Shown: positions 1 through 10,011, numbered from the stretch's first letter. The stretch: DNA of 31,927 bases from a bacterium (GCA_049472355.1 JBLIRP010000043.1:1-31927); one strand, 5' to 3'. Program-made: numbers and translations. Notes: generated by a model not told the origin, from the letters alone.

Positions 1-1
1 C

Positions 2-313
2 GGAGATTCGCGATGCGCCTGATCCTATCTCGGGATTCCTGATGGCAGCGGTTACCTCCCGGCCATCGGCAAATACCCTGAGGTGATCACTATCCATGCA
101 AAACGAAATGGGTTTTCGTTCAATAAGGTCAATCAGCCCCTCCTCGTCCGACCAATCGATGCCATCCTGCCTGGCCATCAGGGCCGCGGCGCGATACATG
201 GCCCCGGTATCGATGTACATCAGGCCGTATCGTTCCGCAAGGGCCTTCCCCAAGGTGCTCTTCCCCGCCGCAGAGGGCCCGTCGATTGCGATGATCAAGT
301 CCTTGTGCTTCAT
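2..313 (-). CDS. cmk: Cytidylate kinase, N-terminal part (runs off the window start; absent from the ORF track)
   Basis: Manual translation from ATG at 313: [45 protein letters not shown], with the Cmk P-loop (IAIDGPxxxGKST) and the YxDTGAMYR motif. Confidence 0.95.
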   Translation of the reverse strand, partial: MKHKDLIIAIDGPSAAGKSTLGKALAERYGLMYIDTGAMYRAAALMARQDGIDWSDEEGLIDLIERKPISFCMDSDHLRVFADGREVTAAIRNPEIGSGASRIS

Positions 314-496
314 GATTGACCCCATCCCTATTGAAACCTTTCACTGTGCGCCCTTTGCCCAAGGGCACTCCACCACTCCAGCGGTCGCCTCCCATGCCGA
401 CGGGAGGATTATCGGCAATGCCGGTTTTCTCATTGCATGCGCCTTGTAGTGACCAGGCATGGTTGCTCTCGCCTTTTATAATCAGGATCGCCGGCA

Positions 497-505
497 ATTA
501 TAGCA
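497..505 (-). promoter_or_regulatory. Extended -10 element (TGCTATAAT) upstream of cmk
   Basis: Minus strand reads TGCTATAAT about 185 nt upstream of the cmk ATG; no good -35. Confidence 0.4.
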
Positions 506-617
506 CGGTTTGATACGAAGGACTATATTGGGTATTATTATGGGGTCTTACGGCCTGGATTTCATGGGCATACACATTCAATGATTGCAGATGCGATTAA
601 GATAAGGAAAATGAAAT

Positions 618-1961
618 ATGAATCCATTCACCACGGTATCGCCGCCCTCTGACGGGGAACCCATCACCATTGAACACGGGAGGCTGGTTGTGCCCTCCCG
701 CCCCATCATCCCCTTCATCCCCGGTGACGGGATAGGACCGGATGTGTGGAACGCCGCCAAACGTGTCCTGGACGAGGCAGTCAAGCTCGCCTACCAGGGG
801 TCGCGGGGCATCTCCTGGTTCCATGTCCATGCGGGTCTGTCCGCACTCCAGACCTACGGCCCGGATGTGGTGCTCCCCCAGGACACCATCGAGGCAATAA
901 GGATGTATAAGGTTGCCATCAAGGGCCCGCTCACCACACCCGTAGGGGGGTTCCCCTACGTATGCCTCGAATGCGCCAAGGAGCAAGGCGAGGCCGATCA
1001 CCCGCGGCCCAAGAGGTGTGTGAAATGCGGCTCCGCATTCGTGACCAAGCGGTTTCGCTCCCTGAATGTGACCCTCAGGCAGGTCCTCGATCTCTATGCA
1101 TGCGTGAGGCCGGTGCGGTGGTATGCAGGGGTTCCCGCCCCGGTCAAGGCACCCCAGAATCTGAACGTGGTCATCTTCAGGGAAAACACTGAGGATGTGT
1201 ATGCGGGGATCGAATTCGCCTCCGGGAGCAGCGAGGCGGCCTCCCTCATCCAACTCCTCAGGGAGCTATTGGGCCGGGACATACGCGAGGAGAGCGCGAT
1301 CGGGATAAAGCCCATGAGCCCCTTCGGAAGCAAGCGGCTCATCAGAAAGGCGATCCTCTATGCCATACACCACCTCCTGCCCTCGGTAACCATGGTGCAC
1401 AAGGGGAATATCATGAAGTGCACGGAAGGGGCATTCCGGGACTGGGGATACGAGCTTGCCAGCGAGGAATTCGCCGGCCAGGTGGTGCCCGAATCCTCAT
1501 GTGACCCGGGAAGACTTCCCCAGGGCGCCGTTCTCCTCAAGGACCGCATCGCCGACCAGATGTTTCAGCAGGTGCTCCTCAGGCCGGAGGAGTATTCGGT
1601 CATCGCCACCCCCAATCTGAACGGCGACTACCTCTCCGATGCCTGCGCAGCCCAGGTAGGGGGGTTGGGCCTGGCGCCGGGCGCCAACATGGGTGATGAA
1701 CTCGCCCTGTTCGAGGCGACCCACGGGACCGCCCCCAAATACACCGGCCAGGACAAGGCGAACCCGGGCTCCCTGATCCTCTCGGGGGTGATGATGCTGG
1801 AACACCTTGGATGGCAGGACGCCGCCGACCTGATTGTGAGGGCCATGGAGAAGACCATCAACCAGAAGCGGGTGACCTACGATCTGGAGCGGCAGATGGA
1901 GGGGGCTACCCGTCTGGGCACCTCGGGATTCGCCGCAGCGGTGTGTGAGAATATGTCCTGA
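618..1961 (+). CDS. icd: NADP-dependent isocitrate dehydrogenase (E. coli-type homodimeric) with an internal Cys4 insertion
   Basis: Motifs [69 protein letters not shown] and VTYDLER; the KY and Y...R residues fit NADP specificity. Confidence 0.97.
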   Translation: MNPFTTVSPPSDGEPITIEHGRLVVPSRPIIPFIPGDGIGPDVWNAAKRVLDEAVKLAYQGSRGISWFHVHAGLSALQTYGPDVVLPQDTIEAIRMYKVAIKGPLTTPVGGFPYVCLECAKEQGEADHPRPKRCVKCGSAFVTKRFRSLNVTLRQVLDLYACVRPVRWYAGVPAPVKAPQNLNVVIFRENTEDVYAGIEFASGSSEAASLIQLLRELLGRDIREESAIGIKPMSPFGSKRLIRKAILYAIHHLLPSVTMVHKGNIMKCTEGAFRDWGYELASEEFAGQVVPESSCDPGRLPQGAVLLKDRIADQMFQQVLLRPEEYSVIATPNLNGDYLSDACAAQVGGLGLAPGANMGDELALFEATHGTAPKYTGQDKANPGSLILSGVMMLEHLGWQDAADLIVRAMEKTINQKRVTYDLERQMEGATRLGTSGFAAAVCENMS

Positions 1962-2016
1962 GGCACGGACTCCCCCGACATTGCATTGCCGGGAAGCAGG
2001 AAAAGGAGTGTGTCCC

Positions 2017-4743
2017 TCAGGCGAGTGTAATCTCCCGCGCACCGAGATCGAGATAGCGGGCGAGGGTCTCTCGATGACAGGTGAGGACAATGACCTGTCG
2101 TTTTCCGGCGAACTCGACCAGGGTCTCTATGGCCAAGGGGTTCCTGGTGTCATCGAAATTGACCAGGATGTCGTCCATGATGACCGGCATGGATTCCGCC
2201 CGCCGCTCATACGCCTCTATCAGACCGAGCCTCATCGCACAATAGAGCTGTTCCCTGGTGCCCCTGCTCAACTCCCCGATCCCCTTCACCGTTCCGGTGC
2301 GGTCCCTGATGATAAGCCCATCCGAATCGACCGGCTTTATGATCCCCTCATAGGCACCGCCGGTGATCCTGGAAAAGAAGCCCCTCGCCGCCTGTATCAC
2401 CTCCGGCTGGCGGGAATCCTCGTATTTCGAGATCGCCTTATCGAGCATCACCTGCGCGATCCGTGCCTTCATCCACTCTTGTGCATAATCCTGAATCTGC
2501 CGGCGCCTGGTCTCTATTTCCCCTTGCACCCTCAACAGATCCTCGTTTGTGGAGAGGTCCTCAATCCTCTGATTCAGCTCACCGATGGAGCGCTGGATGG
2601 CCCCCTGTTCCCCCTTGAGGTCCTCCAACCGGGCACCGGTTTTTGAAAGGTCGTGTTCGATGGCATCGGGGACGACACCGGCAAGCGATGTCATGAACCG
2701 TTCAAAATGCCCGCCCCTTCCCACCGTTGTCTGTATAATCTCCGCGGCCTCGTCGATCTTCCGCTGCAATGCCTGTCTTGTACCCTGGATGGCATACCTT
2801 CGATCGAGGTCCTCCGGGTCGGACGCCCCCACGGAGGCGACCCGTGCATCGATCTTCTCCTGCTTCTCCCTCATTCTGCCGGACAGGGTGTCCATCTGCG
2901 CGATCACCCGTGTCATCCGCTCTTCGGTGCGCCCCTTCTCCCCCTTCCGGTCCCTTTCCACCTGGAACCGGCGGGCAATGATCCCGATATTCGCCCCCAC
3001 GTCACTGGTCATCAGCGAGGCATCGATCATTGGGGCAATCCTGTCGTGGAGTCCCTTGACCTGGGCCATGGTGCGCTCCATCTCTCCGATCTGTCTGTCC
3101 AGCCCATCACGTGCCGCCAGATCCGCCTTGATGCCGTCGATGGCATGCACCACATCGAGGACACCCTCCGGGGAGATCCGACCATCGAGACCGATACCAT
3201 GCATGAATTCCCTCCATTCATCGGTGAGACGATCGGAATCCTCTCGCAGCCGTTCTTCCTCCCGTTCATAATTCCGCACCAGGGGGTCCGGTTGATGTTT
3301 CGTGCGGGCGTCCACCGCGAGTCTCAGGGAAAGAAGGGACCCCGCGATCAGCACCACCCCTAAGGCAATGGTCTGAATCCACACAAAAGGGGATGGGGCG
3401 CTCATCAATCCCCATACACCCGCTATCAGGCCGGCAAGACACAGCAGCGTGGAGCCGTAAATGACATACCGGTAGGGGGCGATCCCTGCAAAGACCCCGG
3501 ACGAGCGCATTGCCTTGATCTCCCGGTGGTGCTCCAGTTTATGGGAGATCCGTTCCCGCTCCGATCGAAGGTGTTCGGACCGCTCCCTGAATCCCTTGAT
3601 CGCCTCCTGCTGACGATGGGCAAGGACGAATGCCCTCGCCTTCTCCTCCGTCCAGCCCTCCCCCAATCGCTCCAGCCCCGCTGCAATGACACCGGTGAGA
3701 TCCTCTCGATCCCTTCGGGCGGTGCCGATGTCATCACACACCGACCGGTATTTCCCTGCCAGTCCCTGGAGTTCGTTTACCGTCGCCTCTTCCTTGAGGA
3801 GTTCCTCGCTGAAGGTCAATTCGTGTGCCATCTTCTGCAGTTCGCTCAATTCCGCCCGGTGCTCCTCGTTGATGCGCCGATCAAGGTCGACGCACTCCTT
3901 GCGCAGCTCCCTTATCGCAGCGATGGCCTCTTCGGGAATCTCGCGCACCTCTTCGATCCGGGTCAACTCCTCCTCCGCCTCCCGTATCCTGAGGTACTGC
4001 GGATAGAGTCGCACCCTGTTTTCGAGGGAACGGTGCTCGGACTGTAATCCCTCGATCTGTTGAGCGATTCCCTCCTCCTGCTTTATGAGCCGGGCCCGGG
4101 CTTCGGAATACTCATCAAAATGCGCAAGCCCTTCCTGGATTGTACGACGCTGTCGTTCCAGCGCCTGTATCTCTGTATACAACTCGGGGATCTTCTGGGC
4201 TGAACCGCGCTGCTTGTACAGGACGTCGGCGCATCCCCGTATTTCGCCCTTTATTACGGCCAGGGACACCCCTCCCAGACCGAGCCCGGCTCCGTATATG
4301 AGCGCCTTCACCTCATCGCTCTGGAGCGATCGCACCTCCTGAAGCTCATCCAGGCTTATGGCATACACGTTCTCGTAGAAGGTCCGGGTAAGGTTGTGCA
4401 GGAGATGATCCAGGGCATCCTGTCCCATCGACCGGCGGTCGTCCCGGGACACGACCACCCTGCCGCCGTGGGGGCCGGGCGCCCTCGCGATGGTCACCAT
4501 GGTCCCGTCATCGCATTCGCACACCAACCGCCCGCCGTAGGCGCCCCCCCTGAGCGGTGGATAGGGATTGATGGAGGCGGAGCTGCGCGGGAACCCGAAC
4601 AGGACCCGCCGGATGAATTCGAGGAGTGTGCTCTTGCCGAACTCGTTTTCGCCGAACACCACATTGATCCCGGAAGCAAATCCGGTCACCTGCAGGTCGG
4701 AAAAGACGCCGAATCCGTCGATGTATACCTCCCTGATCTGCAT
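2017..4743 (-). CDS. YhaN-family (AAA_27, SMC/Rad50-like) coiled-coil ATPase
   Basis: Walker A GENEFGKST, long coiled coil with a central hydrophobic hairpin, signature LSRGTREQLY, Walker B VIMDDILVNFD, and QVIVLTCH. Confidence 0.9.
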   Translation of the reverse strand: MQIREVYIDGFGVFSDLQVTGFASGINVVFGENEFGKSTLLEFIRRVLFGFPRSSASINPYPPLRGGAYGGRLVCECDDGTMVTIARAPGPHGGRVVVSRDDRRSMGQDALDHLLHNLTRTFYENVYAISLDELQEVRSLQSDEVKALIYGAGLGLGGVSLAVIKGEIRGCADVLYKQRGSAQKIPELYTEIQALERQRRTIQEGLAHFDEYSEARARLIKQEEGIAQQIEGLQSEHRSLENRVRLYPQYLRIREAEEELTRIEEVREIPEEAIAAIRELRKECVDLDRRINEEHRAELSELQKMAHELTFSEELLKEEATVNELQGLAGKYRSVCDDIGTARRDREDLTGVIAAGLERLGEGWTEEKARAFVLAHRQQEAIKGFRERSEHLRSERERISHKLEHHREIKAMRSSGVFAGIAPYRYVIYGSTLLCLAGLIAGVWGLMSAPSPFVWIQTIALGVVLIAGSLLSLRLAVDARTKHQPDPLVRNYEREEERLREDSDRLTDEWREFMHGIGLDGRISPEGVLDVVHAIDGIKADLAARDGLDRQIGEMERTMAQVKGLHDRIAPMIDASLMTSDVGANIGIIARRFQVERDRKGEKGRTEERMTRVIAQMDTLSGRMREKQEKIDARVASVGASDPEDLDRRYAIQGTRQALQRKIDEAAEIIQTTVGRGGHFERFMTSLAGVVPDAIEHDLSKTGARLEDLKGEQGAIQRSIGELNQRIEDLSTNEDLLRVQGEIETRRRQIQDYAQEWMKARIAQVMLDKAISKYEDSRQPEVIQAARGFFSRITGGAYEGIIKPVDSDGLIIRDRTGTVKGIGELSRGTREQLYCAMRLGLIEAYERRAESMPVIMDDILVNFDDTRNPLAIETLVEFAGKRQVIVLTCHRETLARYLDLGAREITLA

Positions 4744-6009
4744 CTATTCCTCTTCCGCAAGCAGATCGAGGGTCCAGTTACGTGCCTCCTCGGCAATGCG
4801 CAGCAACTCCTCCCTGGAGGGTGCCTCCAGATACCTGCGGCCCTGCCATTGTGAAAAGAGCGGCTCACCGGCCTTCCGGATATCCCGCCACAGGTCCTCA
4901 CCATCCCCGGCAAGCTCATCGTAAAGCCTGATGATGTCCGCGATGAAATGTTCCCCCTTCCTCAGGGCGTCGATGTCCCGGATGCCTGTTGTCTTCAGGA
5001 GGAGCTTCTCGATCCAGATCCACGGTCTTCTCCCTTCGAACACCTCCCGAATCTCCGCGGTCAGATCGACAATGCTGCCTTCCCTGCAAAGCTCCCGGTG
5101 CAGGGGCGTCCTTCCTGCAAGGGCCAGTCGAATCACGGCATGCCTCCCTTCCATGCCCTCCGCGATCCCCTCGCATCGATCCCTCACTGCGGCAATCACC
5201 TCATCGTGGGTGGTGCAGTCGGAGACATCCGCACATTCGCCGGCATAGCGCACCGTATCGGTGGGCACGAATCGAATGTCGCATGCCCCGTCCGGATGAA
5301 GGGTCACCAGGCAACATCCCTTGGGGCCCATCTCCCCCGGATTGAGCGCCTGGGAATTCCCCGGGTACACGATCGCCGGGTGACTCTCTCTCAGGATCTG
5401 GTGCTGGTGAAGGTGCCCCAGGGCCCAGTAGTCCATCCCCCGCGAGGACAAATCCTGAAGCGAGGCAGGGGCATAGGGAAGATGGCCGGTGTTCTTCCCG
5501 ACGTTTGCATGAAGGAGCCCGATGGCGGGGACATCCGGTTCGGTCCGTTCGAACCGGAGGCTCAGGTTCTCATAAACATCCCTGGTCGCAAAGCTTATGC
5601 CGTGAATCATGGCGATCGTATTTCCGTCCCTTTCCAGGGCGTGGCTCTCCACCTCCTTTCCCCCGAAGATGGTCACCCCTTCCGGCCAGGTGAGGGTTGC
5701 GGACCAGCCGTCCAGGGGATCATGGTTGCCGTATACGATGAAGCTCCGGATCCCGGCATCTGAGAGGAGCTTGAGGCCATCGCGAAACTTTATCTGAGCC
5801 TGGAGGCTCCTCTCCGCGCTGTCGAAGATGTCCCCTGCGATGAGGACGCAATCAACCGACTCGCTGATGGCGTATTCCACGATCCCGGCAAACGAGCGAA
5901 AGGTGGATTGATGGAGAAGGTCCCTCAGGTCCGGATGGACCTCGCCGATCCCCCTGAAGGGGGTGTCGATGTGCAGATCGCTGCAATGGATGAATCGTAC
6001 CGGTCGCAT
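4744..6009 (-). CDS. YhaO-family Mre11/SbcD-like metallophosphoesterase (DNA repair exonuclease)
   Basis: FIHCSDLHID, IAGDIFD, YGNHD, LLH and DYWALGHLH motifs; start taken at MRPVRF (6009); its stop abuts the YhaN start. Confidence 0.92.
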   Translation of the reverse strand: MRPVRFIHCSDLHIDTPFRGIGEVHPDLRDLLHQSTFRSFAGIVEYAISESVDCVLIAGDIFDSAERSLQAQIKFRDGLKLLSDAGIRSFIVYGNHDPLDGWSATLTWPEGVTIFGGKEVESHALERDGNTIAMIHGISFATRDVYENLSLRFERTEPDVPAIGLLHANVGKNTGHLPYAPASLQDLSSRGMDYWALGHLHQHQILRESHPAIVYPGNSQALNPGEMGPKGCCLVTLHPDGACDIRFVPTDTVRYAGECADVSDCTTHDEVIAAVRDRCEGIAEGMEGRHAVIRLALAGRTPLHRELCREGSIVDLTAEIREVFEGRRPWIWIEKLLLKTTGIRDIDALRKGEHFIADIIRLYDELAGDGEDLWRDIRKAGEPLFSQWQGRRYLEAPSREELLRIAEEARNWTLDLLAEEE

Positions 6010-6116
6010 GGTTTTCCGGCAGTGTCCTTTCCGAAGGTGATATCGCCCAGGCGGATTACCAGGATATTGTAGCACACAAAGGGCCCGGTTCTCCAAGGGT
6101 CTTGGGGTCTTGGGGT

Positions 6117-6280
6117 CAGGTCTTGACTTGACAGTTTCGTCTCAAAAATAGAATCATATTTTCATGCTTCGTGATGTCACAAGGTGGCATGAGGTTTCAG
6201 GTCTTGAATTGACAGTTTTTGTTACAAAAATAAAATCAAATTTTCATGCCTCGTGGCGCCACAAAGGGGCATGAGCGTTT
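6117..6280. repeat. Two imperfect tandem copies of an ~81-bp unit, preceded by GGGTCTTG repeats
   Basis: Unit 1 (6117-6197) and unit 2 (6198-6280) share CAGGTCTTGAnTTGACAGTTT...TTTTCATGCyTCGTG...CACAA...GGCATGAG. Confidence 0.85.
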
Positions 6281-6360
6281 GCTCCGCTTGATGGGAAGGC
6301 AACCTTTTCATGTGGAGATGAGACGACCCGTCAGGAGGAGTTTCGAGGAATGCCGCAGTG

Positions 6361-7038
6361 TTATGAGGTGGCGACCCTTCGTACCCCTTCGAGATTGGAT
6401 ATCCGGTTGATGAGCACATATTCCATGATCTTCCGCAGGCGTATATTGACCATATAGAGGATTTCCCTTTGGGAGACATCCTTGCGAAAGTCTACCTTAA
6501 GGATGCACGCCCCATAATCCTCCAGTATCCCCCTGATCTTTTTCAATCCCTCCTCGCTATCCTCCATCTCCACATCGAGCTGGTAGTACCAGTCTTTCCT
6601 GATCAGATGTTCCACCGGTCGCTTGAGAAGGACCAGGGTGATGAGGGAGATCACTGTGGCGATGATCGCCGGGGTGTAATACCCGCATCCTACAGCAAGG
6701 CCCAGTCCGGCGGAGACCCACAGGCACGCCGCCGTGGTCAGCCCCCAGATGCTTCCCCTGCTCTGCATGATGGTGCCCGCGCCGAGGAAACCGATACCTG
6801 CAACCACCATGGAGGCAACCCGGCTGGGATCAACACCGCTCGCATAGTTGGCGGTCTGGAAGCGGATGAAGATCTCGTAAATATGGAGCGACACCATCAT
6901 GATCAGGGCGGAGCCCAGTGATACCAGGATGTGCGTCCTGAATCCGGCAGGCCTGCCGTGTCTTTCCCGCTCGATCCCGATTACTCCCCCCAGGACCGCA
7001 GCAAGCCCCAGGCGAAGGACCATCTCCGTGATTGACAT
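6361..7038 (-). CDS. MgtC/SapB family membrane protein
   Basis: GIERE...PAGFRTHILV, DPSRVASMVVAGIGFLGAGTI, GLTTAACLW; ACT-like C-terminus; RBS AAGGAGG. Confidence 0.93.
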   Translation of the reverse strand: MSITEMVLRLGLAAVLGGVIGIERERHGRPAGFRTHILVSLGSALIMMVSLHIYEIFIRFQTANYASGVDPSRVASMVVAGIGFLGAGTIMQSRGSIWGLTTAACLWVSAGLGLAVGCGYYTPAIIATVISLITLVLLKRPVEHLIRKDWYYQLDVEMEDSEEGLKKIRGILEDYGACILKVDFRKDVSQREILYMVNIRLRKIMEYVLINRISNLEGVRRVATS

Positions 7039-7427
7039 AGGCGCCTCCTTATGCGGATTATCTGATAGACACCGATTTGGTGATTAATCATGACCGTCGA
7101 GCACTGGTGCGGGCATTAAATCCCCTATCCTCTCTATCGGAATTCCCGGTGAAACCTACCAGGGAAACTGTTGTGCACCGGTGGAATAGACGGGGTGGTC
7201 ATTGCTCGATGCCATTCCTTTTACAACCGAACACCATTCAGGGCATAATATAATTATCACGCATGCCCGGTGAATAAATCAATGATCCGTATCATCTCAA
7301 TGATCATCCCGCGGAATTCAATGGATGAGGGGAAGGGCTTAATTCCCCCCGCGCGTGTTCCGAAACAGGTGCCGGAGGGCAATGAGGGTGTGCACCCATC
7401 AATCGGTCATGAATAAAGGAGGAAGCC

Positions 7428-9086
7428 ATGGCGGAGCTTATCGACAGCAAGGCAACAAAGGAAATCCTCGGACTATTTTCCGATCTCGTCGCCCCGGTCA
7501 GGGTGGTGTTCTTCACCCAGAAACACCCCTGCCCTGCATGCCGTGAACAGCGGCAGCTCCTGGAAGAACTGACGGGGCTTTCCGACAAGCTCACGATGGA
7601 GACCCACGACATGGCGGAGGATGTCAAACCCGCCCAGCAGTATGCCGTGGACAAGGTCCCCGCCACTGCGATCGTGGGTGAAAAGGACTACGGTATCCGC
7701 TTCTATGGGCTCACCTCAGGCTACGAGTTCGGCTCGTTGATCGGGGCAATCGTCATGGTCTCGCGCGGGAAATCCGGTCTAAGCACGGAATTGGAGAAGA
7801 TGATCGGCCTCATCGACGTGCCGGTGCACATCGAGGTCATGGTCACCCTCTCCTGTCCCTACTGTCCCCCCATGGTCCACCTCGCCCACCAGATGGCCAT
7901 CGCCAATGACCATATACGGGGGGACATGGTGGATGCCTCCGAGTTTCCCCACCTGGTGCAGAAATACGACGTGAGCGGAACGCCCAAGACGGTGATCAAC
8001 GAATCCGCATCCTTTGAAGGGGCCCTCTCGGCCAAGGATGCGATCATGGAGGTCATCAAGGCGGTAAAGCCGAAGGAGTACGACCGCATCGAGGCCGCGA
8101 TGCGCGAGCAATCGGACGAACGGCTCGCCCACCAGCCGGACCCCGATCACACCTACGATGCGATCATCGTGGGCGCCGGCCCCGCAGGCATGTCCGCCGC
8201 CATCTATGCCACGCGCAAGGGCCTGGATGTGGCGCTTCTGGGCGAACACGTGGGAGGGCAGATCACCAACACCGCAAGCATCGAGAACTGGCTGGGCATA
8301 CCGAAGGTGAGCGGACAGGAGCTTGCGGTCCTCTTCAAAAACCACATGGAACGGTATGCGGTGGCGGTGCAATACGGGGTCAACGTGAAGGGCATCGAAC
8401 AGGATGATGCCGGATTCAGGCTCACCACCGACACCGATGCGGTGTTCCGCTGCCGCTGCGTCATCTACTGCGCGGGCAAGGAGTACCGCCGCCTCGGCGT
8501 GCCCGGCGAGGACAGGTTTATCGGCCAGGGTATCGCCTTTTGCGCCACCTGTGACGCCCCCCTGTTCCTCAACAAGCGGGTGGCGGTCATCGGCGGGGGA
8601 AACTCCGCCTTCAGTGCGGCACGCGATCTGCTCCCCTACGCACGCGAGATCCATATCATCAACATCCTGGAGGATTTTCAGGCGGACGCGGTCCTGATCG
8701 ACGAGGTCACCGGGGCATCCCATGTCGTGCTGCACCCGGCAACCCAGGTCAAAAAGTTCCTGGGCAAGGAGCGGCTGGTGGGGGTGCGCATCGAATCCGC
8801 CGACGGAGGCAAGGCCCAGGACCTTGCAGTGGAGGGCGCATTCCTGGAGATCGGGCTTGCCCCCAACACCACGCCGGTGAAGGACCTCATCGGATTGAAC
8901 AACCAGAACGAGATCCCGGTGCAGCGCGACCAGTCCACCGAGGTCCCCGGGTTCTTTGCAGCCGGGGACGTCACCGACGAACGGGAAAAGCAGATCGCCA
9001 TCGCCGCGGGCGCGGGAACTCGGGCGGCCCTTGCCGCATACCAGTACATACTCGACCGGAACCGGCTGGCTGCGAAGACACCCTGA
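7428..9086 (+). CDS. Fusion of a protein-disulfide oxidoreductase (two thioredoxin folds) with a thioredoxin reductase (AhpF-like architecture)
   Basis: N-terminal CPAC and CPYC motifs, GIRFYG...GYEF; C-terminal GAGPAG, CATCD, GGGNSA and FAAGDVT; RBS AGGAGG. Confidence 0.9.
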   Translation: MAELIDSKATKEILGLFSDLVAPVRVVFFTQKHPCPACREQRQLLEELTGLSDKLTMETHDMAEDVKPAQQYAVDKVPATAIVGEKDYGIRFYGLTSGYEFGSLIGAIVMVSRGKSGLSTELEKMIGLIDVPVHIEVMVTLSCPYCPPMVHLAHQMAIANDHIRGDMVDASEFPHLVQKYDVSGTPKTVINESASFEGALSAKDAIMEVIKAVKPKEYDRIEAAMREQSDERLAHQPDPDHTYDAIIVGAGPAGMSAAIYATRKGLDVALLGEHVGGQITNTASIENWLGIPKVSGQELAVLFKNHMERYAVAVQYGVNVKGIEQDDAGFRLTTDTDAVFRCRCVIYCAGKEYRRLGVPGEDRFIGQGIAFCATCDAPLFLNKRVAVIGGGNSAFSAARDLLPYAREIHIINILEDFQADAVLIDEVTGASHVVLHPATQVKKFLGKERLVGVRIESADGGKAQDLAVEGAFLEIGLAPNTTPVKDLIGLNNQNEIPVQRDQSTEVPGFFAAGDVTDEREKQIAIAAGAGTRAALAAYQYILDRNRLAAKTP

Positions 9087-9097
9087 TCGCAGGGGAC

Positions 9098-9139
9098 TTG
9101 ACTTATGTCAATGCCATGGTGTGAAAGAAGAGTTAGAGT
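9098..9139 (+). promoter_or_regulatory. CRP/FNR-family binding site with class II promoter geometry
   Basis: TTGAC-TTAT-GTCAA (9098-9111) is centred at -41.5 relative to the start site implied by the -10 hexamer TAGAGT (9134-9139). Confidence 0.65.
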
Positions 9140-9249
9140 AATAATGATGGAACGATACTGATAATAAAAGATCAAAAAAGGGGCCTCCGGGAGATCGGCC
9201 GGCCCCTGGAGAACATACGGACAACCCCTTAGGATACGGAGGATACGGC

Positions 9250-9996
9250 ATGAGATGCCCGGGACAGGATACCCGATACTGGAAGCCGGAGGACATCTTC
9301 GAGGTTCCCTGCCCCCAATGCGGGAAAACAGTGGAATTCTTCAAGGACGAGCCCTCACGCCGGTGCAAGCACTGCGGCCACCGCTTCGTGAACCCGAAGA
9401 TGGATTTCGGGTGCGCTGCATACTGCAAGTTTGCCGAGCAATGCCTGGGGGAGCTTCCTCCCGAGCTTCTGGCCCAAAGGGACGAACTGTTCAAGAACCG
9501 GGTGGCCATTGCCATGAAACGGAATTTCAACAAAGACTTCAGACGGATCGGCCATGCGGCGAACGTGGCGCGCTACGCAGAGCGGCTCGTTCGCACGGAA
9601 AAGGGGGACCCCGCCGTCGTCCTCACCGCAGCCTACCTGCACGACATCGGGATCGTGGAGGCGGAGCGCAGGTTCGGCAGGGAGGAATCCGGCCATCACC
9701 AGGAGCTGGGCGCAGCGATCGCCCGGGATATCCTTCAGGGGCTCAATGCAGCACCGGCACTCATCGAGGAGGTGTGCGCGATCATCGGTCACCACCACAC
9801 CCCCGGGGCCGACGAAACGCTCAATTTCAAAATCCTCTCCGATGCCGACGCGCTCGTCAACCTGGAGGAGGCGCACCAGGAGCATCCCCTTGACCGAGGC
9901 AAGATCGAGGAAGTGATCGCCACCCGCTTTCTCACGGAAGGCGGGAGGGATCTGGCCAGGGAGGTGCTTGTGGGGAAGAATCCCCATGGAGATTAA
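9250..9996 (+). CDS. HD-domain phosphohydrolase with a Cys-rich N-terminal metal-binding region
   Basis: H...AYLHDIG...H...HH...DAD motifs; N-terminus has CPGQ, CPQC, CKHC and CAAYC...C. Confidence 0.85.
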   Translation: MRCPGQDTRYWKPEDIFEVPCPQCGKTVEFFKDEPSRRCKHCGHRFVNPKMDFGCAAYCKFAEQCLGELPPELLAQRDELFKNRVAIAMKRNFNKDFRRIGHAANVARYAERLVRTEKGDPAVVLTAAYLHDIGIVEAERRFGREESGHHQELGAAIARDILQGLNAAPALIEEVCAIIGHHHTPGADETLNFKILSDADALVNLEEAHQEHPLDRGKIEEVIATRFLTEGGRDLAREVLVGKNPHGD

Positions 9997-10011
9997 GAAG
10001 GGAGAACGTAT

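Noticed and set aside
951..1055. Intein or intron as the explanation for the IDH insertion
   Set aside because: Only 33 aa and in frame, with no intein splicing motifs (N-terminal C/S block, C-terminal HN) and no intron features
6117..6280. CRISPR mini-array
   Set aside because: Only two units, similar along their whole length, with no distinct spacers
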